A program made the position numbers and the translations under genes. Shown here piece by piece: positions 1-7,369 of a stretch of 8,471 bases of DNA. The stretch comes from a virus (taxonomy: Duplodnaviria > Heunggongvirae > Uroviricota > Caudoviricetes), in IMG/VR virus record IMGVR_UViG_2706794694_000001; one strand, 5' to 3'. Positions within the stretch are counted from its first letter, which is position 1. Every line of letters begins with the position of its first letter. The notes under the pieces are model-generated. The model worked only from the letters and a program-made list of their open reading frames with translations, did no database searches and had not been told where the DNA came from.

Positions 1-83
1 AGGGACAGCTGATAGAAACAGAAGCCACTGGAGCACCTCAAAAACACCATCATACACTAAATCAGTAAGTTGGCAGCATCACC
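1..83 (-). mobile_element. IS1 terminal fragment (left end of the element, inverted; continues beyond the window start)
   Basis: Positions 1-83 are the reverse complement of the first 83 nt of IS1 as I recall it; 61-83 (ATCAGTAAGTTGGCAGCATCACC) is the reverse complement of the 23-bp terminal inverted repeat. The insA 5' end (GTG start, V/M-A-S-V-S-I-S-C-P) reads on the minus strand from 28 towards 1. Match is from memory, not a search. Confidence 0.88.
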
Positions 84-98
84 TCATTCGTCTGTTCC

Positions 99-605
99 TT
101 AAATCTTCCAGGAAATTTCTGCATTGCCGTCAGCATCACCGGCACCTGTGAATTCAGCGTTGGTCAGCACCACGTTTTTGCCACTGACTGACGTGGACAT
201 GAATCCACCCAGCGGCACTTTGATGGATTCATCAGTGGAGACGACAACGTATACCGGATCGCCTTTTTTGATAGTGCTGGCATCAAAATCAGAACCGAGA
301 TTAACGGTCACGTAGCCACGCTTCATGGCGTCGCCCGGGAAGTTCTTGCCTGTTCCCACCTGGCGAACCATGTCCGGCTGCGACGTGGTCGGATAAGGGC
401 GCACGTAGATCCCCTTCACCTTGTCTGCGGTATCACCATCTGCCAGCGGCACGAAAAAACCGTCATCATCGTATTTACCAGCCAGGCCATAGGCAGCGAA
501 GGCGTTATCGGATTTAAGGACCACCGGTTCGACGGTTAAGTCCTGCGGGCGAGAGACAGCCCCGGCAATGCCAACAGGCATCCGGTACAGAAATACATTA
601 TTCAT
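99..605 (-). CDS. phage head structural protein, 168 aa; possibly head decoration or capsid-associated, function not assignable from sequence alone
   Basis: Uninterrupted ORF in the same orientation as the head genes, 3 nt after the upstream gene. AAGGG Shine-Dalgarno about 7 nt before the ATG; TAA stop at 99-101. Its place after the protease/scaffold gene matches the lambda-type order (decoration before major capsid). No confident family match. Confidence 0.8.
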   Translation of the reverse strand: MNNVFLYRMPVGIAGAVSRPQDLTVEPVVLKSDNAFAAYGLAGKYDDDGFFVPLADGDTADKVKGIYVRPYPTTSQPDMVRQVGTGKNFPGDAMKRGYVTVNLGSDFDASTIKKGDPVYVVVSTDESIKVPLGGFMSTSVSGKNVVLTNAEFTGAGDADGNAEISWKI

Positions 606-608
606 TTT

Positions 609-1829
609 TTACCCTTTACGGTTTGCCCAGAATTCAGCGTTTTGTTTGTTCAGGGAAGCGATACTGGTCATGCCCATGTTTAGGCGCTGTGCATCGCCGG
701 TGGTGGCGCGGGTGTTTCGCCCTTTGGCAACCTCAGACACGGCATTAAACGCCATGTCGACCGATTGTTTCGGTAATTTGCGGATATCCGCATCACCGAC
801 TATCTGGCGAACCAGCGTTTTGTCAGCAGAAGCCAGAACCTCGCGTTTGAACGCGGTCGGTTTCATCTTACGGCTCAGATCGATACCCGGAACGATAACT
901 TCGGCACGCCAGGCTGAGTCACCAGTAATCGTGGTTTCCTCTTCATCGTCCTCGCCGTCACCGGTCGGATTATCGTCAGGCTTATTATCGTTATCGCCCG
1001 TGGCATTTCTTTCCAGCTTAGCCAGCAGGGCTTTCAGTAATGTTTTGAGGTCATCATCACTGTCGCCGGTTGGATCTCCGCCCATCTCTGGTGCTTTGTC
1101 CGGTAGTGGTTGCTGCGGGGACAGGTTGATGTTGAGATTAACGCCCTGCGGCAAATCCCCCTCATCTCCTGTAACCGATGCGGGAGCCGACTCCACCAGT
1201 TCGTTCATGGTGTCGGCATCTCCTGTCTTGATGGCCGCACGCATGCGGTTCCACCAGTTTTTCTTTTGATTTGCCATTGTGTCTCTGTCTCCAATTGCAC
1301 AACGATTTCCGGCTCTGCCTTTAGGGACAAGAGCCACATGGTTTCCGGTAATATCGACCTGCTCGGCTTTACCTGGCTCGGTCTGCTCGTACTCCGCGTC
1401 ATAGCCGCACGACACTTCGCGCAGGCCATCTTCGATAAGCTGAATGGCGCTTTCGTCTTTGACGATAAGGTCAGCCAGCATCAAATCAGACTGCTCACCC
1501 GTCCCGCGCCGGACATTCTGGAGGTGCCCGACAGCAAGCTCTTTCCAGTTCTCGGGATTTACCAGCCGCACATTCCCGTTTTCATCTTCAGGATGCAGGA
1601 TCGTGATGCTCATCCCTTCGAATGAGGCAAGCGTGGCCGGATGGAATACCTGCTCAGGAGAACGCGTGACGACTATTTCACCGAACTTATCGGGTTTCAG
1701 TTTTGGCAGGTCATCAGCACCATAGAGCTGCTTACCTGTTCGTCCTATCGGCACGTCTTTGCACAGCAACGAGCCGTCAGCCAGGCGGTATCGGGTTTCC
1801 CCGAGCCTGGTCTCAAAAAAGTATTTCAT
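609..1829 (-). CDS. prohead protease/scaffold-like protein, 406 aa (protease-like N-terminal domain, acidic low-complexity linker, scaffold-like C-terminal part; Mu I/Z-like or lambda C/Nu3-like arrangement)
   Basis: Long ORF immediately after the head morphogenesis gene. N-terminal ~185 aa is globular; the central region is very D/E/G/P/T-rich; the C-terminus is helical and charged. An internal in-frame ATG at 1277-1275 (M185) is preceded by GGAGA at about 9 nt spacing. Domain assignment is from recall. Confidence 0.8.
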   Translation of the reverse strand: MKYFFETRLGETRYRLADGSLLCKDVPIGRTGKQLYGADDLPKLKPDKFGEIVVTRSPEQVFHPATLASFEGMSITILHPEDENGNVRLVNPENWKELAVGHLQNVRRGTGEQSDLMLADLIVKDESAIQLIEDGLREVSCGYDAEYEQTEPGKAEQVDITGNHVALVPKGRAGNRCAIGDRDTMANQKKNWWNRMRAAIKTGDADTMNELVESAPASVTGDEGDLPQGVNLNINLSPQQPLPDKAPEMGGDPTGDSDDDLKTLLKALLAKLERNATGDNDNKPDDNPTGDGEDDEEETTITGDSAWRAEVIVPGIDLSRKMKPTAFKREVLASADKTLVRQIVGDADIRKLPKQSVDMAFNAVSEVAKGRNTRATTGDAQRLNMGMTSIASLNKQNAEFWANRKG

Positions 1830-1832
1830 GGG

Positions 1833-2615
1833 TTATGCTGCCCTTTTCATTGCGAATGGAACGCGAACAAACACGATCTCTTTATAGCAGCGGCAGTTTG
1901 GCAGCTCGCCCGCGTGGCCGGTCATGCCGTCCAAAGTTGGAGGTGAATCCCAGCGGACGAATTTACCTTTCATGTGATCGTGGGAATCTCGGACATCGCC
2001 ATCATCGGCTGTACGCCAAATATAACCATCCGAGCCAATAGCTATCGCTCGGGCCATATCCAGCGCGCCCGTTGCTCTTCCCAGTTCCGTTCGGGCAATC
2101 AGATCGGCCCTAGACTTAGCAACATCGCCGGTAGATGCAATCTCTTTAGCAAACTGCTCCGCCCGACCACCGGTGACAACAGCCTCTATCGCTTTGTTCT
2201 GGATGTCGTACACCCTGTCTGCGGCCTCGAGAGGCAGAGATTTGATGTACTTGACCTGTTCGGCGATGATGGATTGCATCACCTGGCCCACAGGAGCGCT
2301 TTCCACAAGATTGCGGAGCTCGCGACTGATGTTCTTGCTGTGTTGCCGCCAAACTTTCTCGTTCTGCCGGGTTAGGTCCGCAGTAAAGTTTTCCGCGACC
2401 TTTGTCGCCCAGGGGGTGATGATTTCACTGTAACGCTCCAGCGCCGCAATAATTTCCGTGATACTGTCATTTGAACCATCGTAGCGACCATTTACGATGT
2501 CTCCGACCGCCCTCGCTATCCTGCGTAGGCTGGTTCGATACCGGATTTCCGCCTGACGGCTCCTGCGGTTCGTCATCAGGTTCGCCGATGCCGGGCGGCG
2601 CTTCATCTTCGGCAT
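1833..2615 (-). CDS. phage head morphogenesis protein, Mu F-like / SPP1 gp7 family (minor head protein)
   Basis: 260-aa ORF whose C-terminus carries the PNCRC-type motif of this family (…HAGELPNCRCYKEIVFV). GAGGA lies about 10 nt before the ATG at 2615. The start overlaps the portal 3' end by 149 nt, so the true start is uncertain. TAA stop. Confidence 0.8.
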   Translation of the reverse strand: MPKMKRRPASANLMTNRRSRQAEIRYRTSLRRIARAVGDIVNGRYDGSNDSITEIIAALERYSEIITPWATKVAENFTADLTRQNEKVWRQHSKNISRELRNLVESAPVGQVMQSIIAEQVKYIKSLPLEAADRVYDIQNKAIEAVVTGGRAEQFAKEIASTGDVAKSRADLIARTELGRATGALDMARAIAIGSDGYIWRTADDGDVRDSHDHMKGKFVRWDSPPTLDGMTGHAGELPNCRCYKEIVFVRVPFAMKRAA

Positions 2616-3549
2616 TCTCGATGTCCTCGTCGGTAATGGATGCCCCGATGCCGGTTACGTCAGAATTTTCTCGCAAATCAGTCATAGCGGCTTTCAGTGT
2701 CATCAGACCATCACCCAGCGCCGTACTGATTGCGTTGGTGGTGTTTAACGCCACCGTTGAGCGATCGACATCAGACATTTGCCAGAGCGGGTTAAACTCA
2801 AACGTGAAATCGTCCGGCAGCGGCTTGCCAAGTTCCGAACGATGCATGATGTCCAGTATCCGCCGCACCGGAAGACGTAAACGCCTCTCCTGCAACGAAC
2901 TGATGCGATCGTAATAGTTGGCAAGGTCTGCATCACCGGTAGAAAATCCTTTCGGGGACTGTCCGAACAACCGCACCAGTGGGATACCAACAGCGCCACT
3001 AATCTGTTCTACAAACTGCGAAAGGATGTCATCCAGACCACTGAAGCTGTACTGATGGGTTTCAAACTTATCCCGCGAGTCCATGAGCGTCATGCCTTCA
3101 TTACTCTGGAACTGTCGAATCAGGTCGATATTCTTCAGCAACGCTTCATACGCAGGACCACCAAGTGCGATAAGCTCGCGTAGCTTCTCCACGCTGTAGG
3201 TACGCAAATGCGCCTTGTAGACCAGCTGCGCCGCGCCGACAGTAGCGCTGTCGAACGCGGTAAGACGATCCCAGATACGCTCTACAACCGACATTCCCCA
3301 TTCGTTCTCGGTCATCTTCTGCTGAAATGGCAACGTGACGCCATCAAAGCGAATCAGGCGACTGTGATGAATGCGCCAGGCAGGAATTCCCGTTGCTGTG
3401 GTCACCACATCGTAAAACTCAGGTTTACCCAGGTCCGGCCCCATATCTTTAATGCGGCGGGTCAGTGCCGGGTCGACCATCCAGCGGTCGAGCGGGAGAA
3501 TCCCCTTAAACTTGCCCTTACCGATGGTTTCGGGTCGCAGCGGGGTCAT
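2467..3549 (-). CDS. phage portal protein, largest uninterrupted ORF (C-terminal 360 codons of the portal reading frame)
   Basis: ORF sits right after terL in a terS-terL-portal-morphogenesis order, has an acidic C-terminal tail typical of portals, and ends in TGA. The same frame continues upstream to 3933 but carries two TAG codons (see the pseudogene feature). Confidence 0.75.
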   Translation of the reverse strand: MTPLRPETIGKGKFKGILPLDRWMVDPALTRRIKDMGPDLGKPEFYDVVTTATGIPAWRIHHSRLIRFDGVTLPFQQKMTENEWGMSVVERIWDRLTAFDSATVGAAQLVYKAHLRTYSVEKLRELIALGGPAYEALLKNIDLIRQFQSNEGMTLMDSRDKFETHQYSFSGLDDILSQFVEQISGAVGIPLVRLFGQSPKGFSTGDADLANYYDRISSLQERRLRLPVRRILDIMHRSELGKPLPDDFTFEFNPLWQMSDVDRSTVALNTTNAISTALGDGLMTLKAAMTDLRENSDVTGIGASITDEDIENAEDEAPPGIGEPDDEPQEPSGGNPVSNQPTQDSEGGRRHRKWSLRWFK

Positions 3550-3933
3550 TGGTGCCTACCCCTCAATCATGATGAAACCCACCGCGCCGCCGTAGAGGCG
3601 CGACCATTTCAGCACGTCATTCAGCGCATCCCAGATTTGCAACTCATCCAGTTGTGATTCGAGAATGCCACGATCTTTTGCATCAATTTCCGAAGTGATG
3701 CGAATGCCTTTGCGGGTCATATCATCCGGGATAGCATCGACTGCTTCGCCGATGATCTAGGATGAACGATAGGACCATTCCACCAGCATGCGGTTACGAC
3801 TGGTGAAATTAGCCCGGTAGGTGGATGCTGAGTGCTGGTTAGGTGTCTGCATCCCTACGCGGGCAATAAAATTCTCATAACCATCAGCTGTGGCCTGCAC
3901 AGTTCGCCGCAGGGCTTGTTTGTTTCGTGCCAT
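2467..3933 (-). pseudogene. full-length portal reading frame (~489 codons) interrupted by two in-frame amber (TAG) codons
   Basis: An ATG at 3933-3931 overlaps the terL stop as ATGA. 3933-3549 = 384 = 128x3, so it is in frame with the 360-aa ORF. Translation MARNKQALRRTVQATADGYENFIARVGMQTPNQHSASTYRANFTSRNRMLVEWSYRSS*IIGEAVDAIPDDMTRKGIRITSEIDAKDRGILESQLDELQIWDALNDVLKWSRLYGGAVGFIMIEG*APMTPL…; the stops are plus-strand CTA at 3757-3759 and 3556-3558. No frameshifts. Confidence 0.7.
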
Positions 3934-5336
3934 CAGGCCTGTCTCCCCAGCTGTTCCCAGATATCCAGCGATGTATCGATTGGCGCGAAGGCCATAATGA
4001 ATGCATCAGCAACGTTTGGTGACGGTATCTCGCGTTTTGCGAGGTCTTTTTTACTTTCGACCATCACACGTCCGTTACGGTCGAAATCACGATGAGGTGT
4101 TGTCAGTTCCAGTTTCAGCTTTTCAAGCAACGGACAACGAGAATCTATGCTGATCAGCTCATCCACAGGATACTGTTCTCCGTTGTTAATGGCGTTAAAC
4201 GTATTTCTGAAACGGTCAGCCACCAGCCACCATGCCTGAGCCTTAAGATTTGCGAAAAAGTCTTTGTTGGGGATGCCGTTGTACTCGTCATCTGGCTCAT
4301 GCACACCAGCACCGGCGTTAAACCTCTGGTAATTCACACGTCGCGCGTATGCGTTCTCGCTCTTCCGGTCAGCGTTAATTTCAGAGAATTTAGCACCGGC
4401 AGACGCACCAACACCGATAGAGTCGTAAACAATATCTGCTTCACGCTCCAGCGCCGCCTGATAAGTACGCTGGCAGCTCTTCAGTAATTCATCTTCTTTG
4501 GCCTTCCATTCGTCGGCCCAGAAAACAACGGATCCGTGACGGTAAACGTTAGCGCACTTATCTGTACCACTGTCAGCCACGTCAAAGCCAATACGCTTTC
4601 TTCCACTGGGTTCGAAATTTAACGTTTTGTGCGCATCCACTGCGGCTTCTATCCAAGACAGTTTGATGATTGCCGCATCATCATCAGACTCCGGAACGCC
4701 CTCATACACATGTTTAAAACCATCCGGATCACGGCGTCGCGCCGCGTCGATAACCTTAAGCATGGTGTCAGACAGAAACGGATTTTCGTCATAGTTAATT
4801 TTGCGGATGAGAGTGCCTTCGGGCGGATCAACAACGAAGTTGCGCCAGACGAAATCAGTAACAAGTCCGGGGTTGAATATGAACCAGCATTCCGAACCCT
4901 CTTTACGGATCGTTGGCTCCAGAATTTTCCACTGGTATTCCGTCAGTGCGTGGGCTTCTTCCAGCCACAACACATCGATCCCCTCCAGTGACTTAATTTC
5001 TTCGATGTTGCGCCATAATCCATAAAAAACAAATTCCGAGCCAGTAACCCGGTTAATGATTTTGTTGTTCAGAATACGGAAACGGTGCCGCAGACCAAAC
5101 CTGTCTATCTGAATTTTGAGCAGGGTATACACCGACTCTTCGATTTTATTCTGGATCTGACGGGCACAACAAAAACGCAGGGTGTATTTATTCGACAGAA
5201 ATATGGCAATGCCAGCGGCATCCCATGATTTTGACGATGACCGACCACCATAAAGCACTTTGTTACGTGCCCGCATAGTCCAGAAACTACGTAAAGCCGG
5301 ATTCAGCGTCGGTTTGGATGTCAGAGTAGAAGTCAT
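3933..5336 (-). CDS. terL: terminase large subunit (PBSX / Terminase_3-type ATPase-nuclease)
   Basis: N-terminal motif TLNPALRSFW…ARNKVLYGGRSSSKSW (Walker A) and a WLEEAH-type Walker B region. TGA stop at 3933-3935 overlaps the portal ATG. Start is ambiguous: the ORF is open to 5444 but the upstream part reads as out-of-frame terS sequence; ATG at 5336 chosen (alternatives 5354 and 5363). Confidence 0.85.
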   Translation of the reverse strand: MTSTLTSKPTLNPALRSFWTMRARNKVLYGGRSSSKSWDAAGIAIFLSNKYTLRFCCARQIQNKIEESVYTLLKIQIDRFGLRHRFRILNNKIINRVTGSEFVFYGLWRNIEEIKSLEGIDVLWLEEAHALTEYQWKILEPTIRKEGSECWFIFNPGLVTDFVWRNFVVDPPEGTLIRKINYDENPFLSDTMLKVIDAARRRDPDGFKHVYEGVPESDDDAAIIKLSWIEAAVDAHKTLNFEPSGRKRIGFDVADSGTDKCANVYRHGSVVFWADEWKAKEDELLKSCQRTYQAALEREADIVYDSIGVGASAGAKFSEINADRKSENAYARRVNYQRFNAGAGVHEPDDEYNGIPNKDFFANLKAQAWWLVADRFRNTFNAINNGEQYPVDELISIDSRCPLLEKLKLELTTPHRDFDRNGRVMVESKKDLAKREIPSPNVADAFIMAFAPIDTSLDIWEQLGRQA

Positions 5337-6051
5337 TGAGGTCACGCTCTCCATTGCCATCATCAATACCTGCATCACGGCGAAGACGATCAGCCTCCAG
5401 AGACACCTTATCAGTGGCGGCCTTGCGGTAGGCTGTATCAGCAAATATTTTTCCTACCGTCGCAAGCGTGCCAACGATGGACTCAATACGAACTGTATTG
5501 CGCATCATTGCTTTCTCGGCGGCGCTGATATTTTCAATCAGCATCTTCCTTTCCTGGTCCCCATTAGCATCTTCCAGCGACACCAACCACCGACCAATAT
5601 TCTCTGCAGCGACAAGGTTGTTAGCACGAAGGCGAAATAATTCGTCCTCGAGCGTCAACGCTTTAGCGTCCTCTATCACCTCATCTTTGAGCAGAAGGCG
5701 ACGGGCATAACCACCGTGTTTTAATGCCTGCTGGTTACCGGGTTGGAATGGGTTAGTCGGGGGATCGGTACGCATTCCGCGTATCGGTTTCGTATCCGGT
5801 GTAGATTCTGTTTTTAGTTGCGTACTTTTTTGTGTAAGGCCAGTAATGGCAGGCTTTCTGCTGGTACGCACTTTCCTTTTTTGCGTACCATTTTTGCAAA
5901 CCTGCGTACCGCCACTGCGTGCCCAACCAAGCTTTTTGGCCCTCTTCCTGATAGCCCCTTCTGTAACGCCGTATTTCTCGCCTATATCACGGAGGCTAAG
6001 GACTCCGGCCCGGTATGCCGATTCGATGGCCTCCCAGTCCGGTTTTGCCAT
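5287..6051 (-). CDS. terS: terminase small subunit (N-terminal helix-turn-helix DNA-binding domain)
   Basis: 254-aa ORF directly upstream of terL. N-terminus MAKPDWEAIESAYRAGVLSLRDIGEKYGVTEGAIRKRAKKLGW is a typical terminase-small-subunit HTH. AGGAAG Shine-Dalgarno 7 nt before the ATG at 6051; TAG stop at 5287-5289. Confidence 0.8.
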   Translation of the reverse strand: MAKPDWEAIESAYRAGVLSLRDIGEKYGVTEGAIRKRAKKLGWARSGGTQVCKNGTQKRKVRTSRKPAITGLTQKSTQLKTESTPDTKPIRGMRTDPPTNPFQPGNQQALKHGGYARRLLLKDEVIEDAKALTLEDELFRLRANNLVAAENIGRWLVSLEDANGDQERKMLIENISAAEKAMMRNTVRIESIVGTLATVGKIFADTAYRKAATDKVSLEADRLRRDAGIDDGNGERDLNDFYSDIQTDAESGFT

Positions 6052-6165
6052 GATTATGCTTCCTGTGATTTACTGTTATCGCTGCCTGTCACAATAGGTT
6101 GCTTTAATTCTTCCTCATCACTCACTCCTGCGACGCTCCGTGGCAGGGCCCCCCACAGGAGTACC

Positions 6166-6195
6166 TTGTAAATGTAAGGTGTTTAAGCCTAAATT
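6166..6195 (+). promoter_or_regulatory. putative sigma70-like promoter for the YqaA/DedA-like gene (-35 TTGTAA 6166-6171, 18-nt spacer, -10 TAAATT 6190-6195)
   Basis: Pattern match only, 4/6 to consensus in each hexamer; located about 55 nt upstream of the ATG at 6249 in an AT-rich intergenic region. Confidence 0.2.
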
Positions 6196-6248
6196 AAGTC
6201 GTATCACGGTTAAATAGCAAAGAAAAATTCACAGAAGGAAAGACATTG

Positions 6249-6758
6249 ATGGAGTGGATAAATGCTTTGATGAACTATTTTGTACTTCATCCATATCGCC
6301 TATGGGGGCTTCTTTTTATAATAGCGTTCACAAAATCCACTTTACTCATTTCGGCGATATTGCCACCAGCATCAATTATGATGGCCACTGTAATTACAGT
6401 CAGCAAGACGACTCTTTCACCATGGGAAGCTGGAATCACGGTCATGAGTGGCGCATGGTGCGGTACTATCGTTAATTACCATCTTGGTATAATAATTGGG
6501 CATATCCCTCAACTTGCATGTATAATATCAAGCCGTTCCAATACAATAGAACGGGTTCGCCTTCAGTTGCAAAATAACTCTGTGTCAATACTTTTCACTT
6601 CGCGCTTTATCGCCGTGCTGCGTTATATTGCTCCTTTGGTGGCAGGAATGTTGCAACTTCATCCAGTGAAAGTGTATACAGTGAGTCTGATTTCAGCTGC
6701 TAGCTGGTCAGCACTTTATGTTGGTAGTTTTAGCTTCGTGTTGCCTTTTTTTAGCTAA
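6249..6758 (+). CDS. YqaA-like DedA-superfamily inner membrane protein (likely prophage moron)
   Basis: Only plus-strand gene. ATG at 6249 is preceded by AGGAAAG; an in-frame TTG lies at 6246. Multi-pass hydrophobic protein with DedA/YqaA-type motifs (…LPPASIMMA…SPWEAG…GAWCGTIVNYHLG…SRFIAVLRYIAPLVAG…). Visibly lower GC than the flanking phage genes. TAA stop. Confidence 0.7.
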   Translation: MEWINALMNYFVLHPYRLWGLLFIIAFTKSTLLISAILPPASIMMATVITVSKTTLSPWEAGITVMSGAWCGTIVNYHLGIIIGHIPQLACIISSRSNTIERVRLQLQNNSVSILFTSRFIAVLRYIAPLVAGMLQLHPVKVYTVSLISAASWSALYVGSFSFVLPFFS

Positions 6759-6846
6759 ACTGCCCATAAAAAGCTCTTGCGAATCCAGCTTCCCCCATTC
6801 CTCTGACAACAGAATCTGATTTGAAGGATAATGAGTAAAATTACCG

Positions 6847-7317
6847 CTACCCCCCAAGGCATTGGATCCTGATGTACTCCTGAAGCATTCTCAATGCTGT
6901 CTGGTCGCTGATGATTCCGTCCCGGATACCGAGAACGTTTCGTCCAGCAACTGGAGAGAGTTCGACGGTGGCATCATTGCCCATGCCGGAGGCGCTGGAG
7001 GTTTCGGCTGAGGATGGCACAGGGCATTTTCCTTTGACGAGCACCCGACCACCATTATCAAGCTTGCGCCGAAGAGCATCATTTTCAGCTTTCGCATCAG
7101 CTAACTCCTTCGTGTATTTTGCATCGAGCGCAGCAACATCACGCTGACGCATCTGCATGTCAGTAATGGTTGCGTTCGCCAGCTTCAGTTCTCTTGCGTT
7201 TTTGTCGCGCTGCTCTTTGTAGGTAATGGCGTTATCACGGTAATGATTAACAGCCCATGACAGGCGGACGATGATGCAGATAACCAGAGCGGAGATAATC
7301 GCGGTGACTCTGCTCAT
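6847..7317 (-). CDS. Rz: Rz-family i-spanin (inner-membrane spanin subunit), copy 1, non-lambda C-terminal allele
   Basis: [17 protein letters not shown]…[13 protein letters not shown]…[27 protein letters not shown] is near-identical to lambda Rz in the N-terminal half, with a divergent but homologous C-terminal half. Start taken as ATG 7317-7315, preceded by a 42-nt copy of the endolysin 3' end in ATGA arrangement (the ORF is open from GTG 7329). TAG stop. Confidence 0.85.
   Translation of the reverse strand: MSRVTAIISALVICIIVRLSWAVNHYRDNAITYKEQRDKNARELKLANATITDMQMRQRDVAALDAKYTKELADAKAENDALRRKLDNGGRVLVKGKCPVPSSAETSSASGMGNDATVELSPVAGRNVLGIRDGIISDQTALRMLQEYIRIQCLGG
6891..7097 (-). CDS. Rz1: Rz1-family o-spanin lipoprotein, copy 1, embedded in Rz in another frame
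   Basis: 68-aa ORF nested inside Rz copy 1 in the +1 frame: [19 protein letters not shown] (signal peptide with lipobox VVGC) followed by proline-rich [11 protein letters not shown], the hallmark of embedded Rz1. Confidence 0.7.
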   Translation of the reverse strand: MRKLKMMLFGASLIMVVGCSSKENALCHPQPKPPAPPAWAMMPPSNSLQLLDETFSVSGTESSATRQH

Positions 7318-7369
7318 TGCTGCCCCCACAAACAGACTTCACGCTCAATCTCACGACGGGTCATCAGCC
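7081..7369. repeat. direct repeat copy A of the Rz N-terminal region plus endolysin 3' end (289 bp); the partner is 7530-7921
   Basis: 7081-7146 is identical to 7530-7595 (offset 449) and 7267-7369 is identical to 7819-7921 (offset 552). Identity breaks at 7080/7529 and 7370/7922. Confidence 0.9.

Noticed and set aside
568-1725. Plus-strand ORFs (568-1269, 1110-1625, 1444-1725) antisense to the protease/scaffold gene
   Set aside because: Shadow ORFs opposite a well-supported minus-strand gene; low-complexity S/P/R-rich translations and no independent start signals.
1641-2433. Plus-strand ORFs (1641-1946, 1703-2041, 1974-2375, 2173-2433) and the small minus-strand ORF 2146-2352
   Set aside because: All overlap the head morphogenesis gene in alternative frames; no RBS or family resemblance.
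2471-3657. ORFs 2471-2914 (+), 2745-2999 (-) and 3208-3657 (+) within the portal region
   Set aside because: Antisense or out-of-frame to the portal reading frame, which has far better support.
3832-5710. Plus-strand ORFs antisense to terL/terS (3832-4095, 4092-4487, 4629-4991, 4801-5025, 5260-5640, 5468-5710) and minus-strand 4649-4864
   Set aside because: Embedded in or opposite the terminase genes; none has a convincing start context or recognisable sequence.
5818-6171. Plus-strand ORFs 5818-6171 and 5846-6097 overlapping the terS 5' end
   Set aside because: Antisense to terS; proline/cysteine/leucine-rich translation without RBS.
6052-6245. Possible cos/pac site or small RNA in the terS upstream intergenic region (G/C-rich CAGGGCCCCCCACAGG with short flanking inverted repeats)
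   Set aside because: Only short (5-6 bp) imperfect inverted repeats with no recognisable cosN-like symmetry or terminator; most likely just divergent promoter and RBS region.
6254-6475. 73-aa alternative-frame ORF inside the YqaA-like gene
   Set aside because: Out of frame with the longer membrane-protein ORF, which has the RBS and family motifs.
6759-6846. Expected bidirectional terminator between the convergent YqaA-like gene and Rz copy 1
   Set aside because: No stable GC-rich stem followed by a T-run could be identified by eye.
6911-7147. Plus-strand 78-aa ORF opposite Rz copy 1
   Set aside because: Antisense shadow of Rz/Rz1; S/A/R-rich low-complexity translation.
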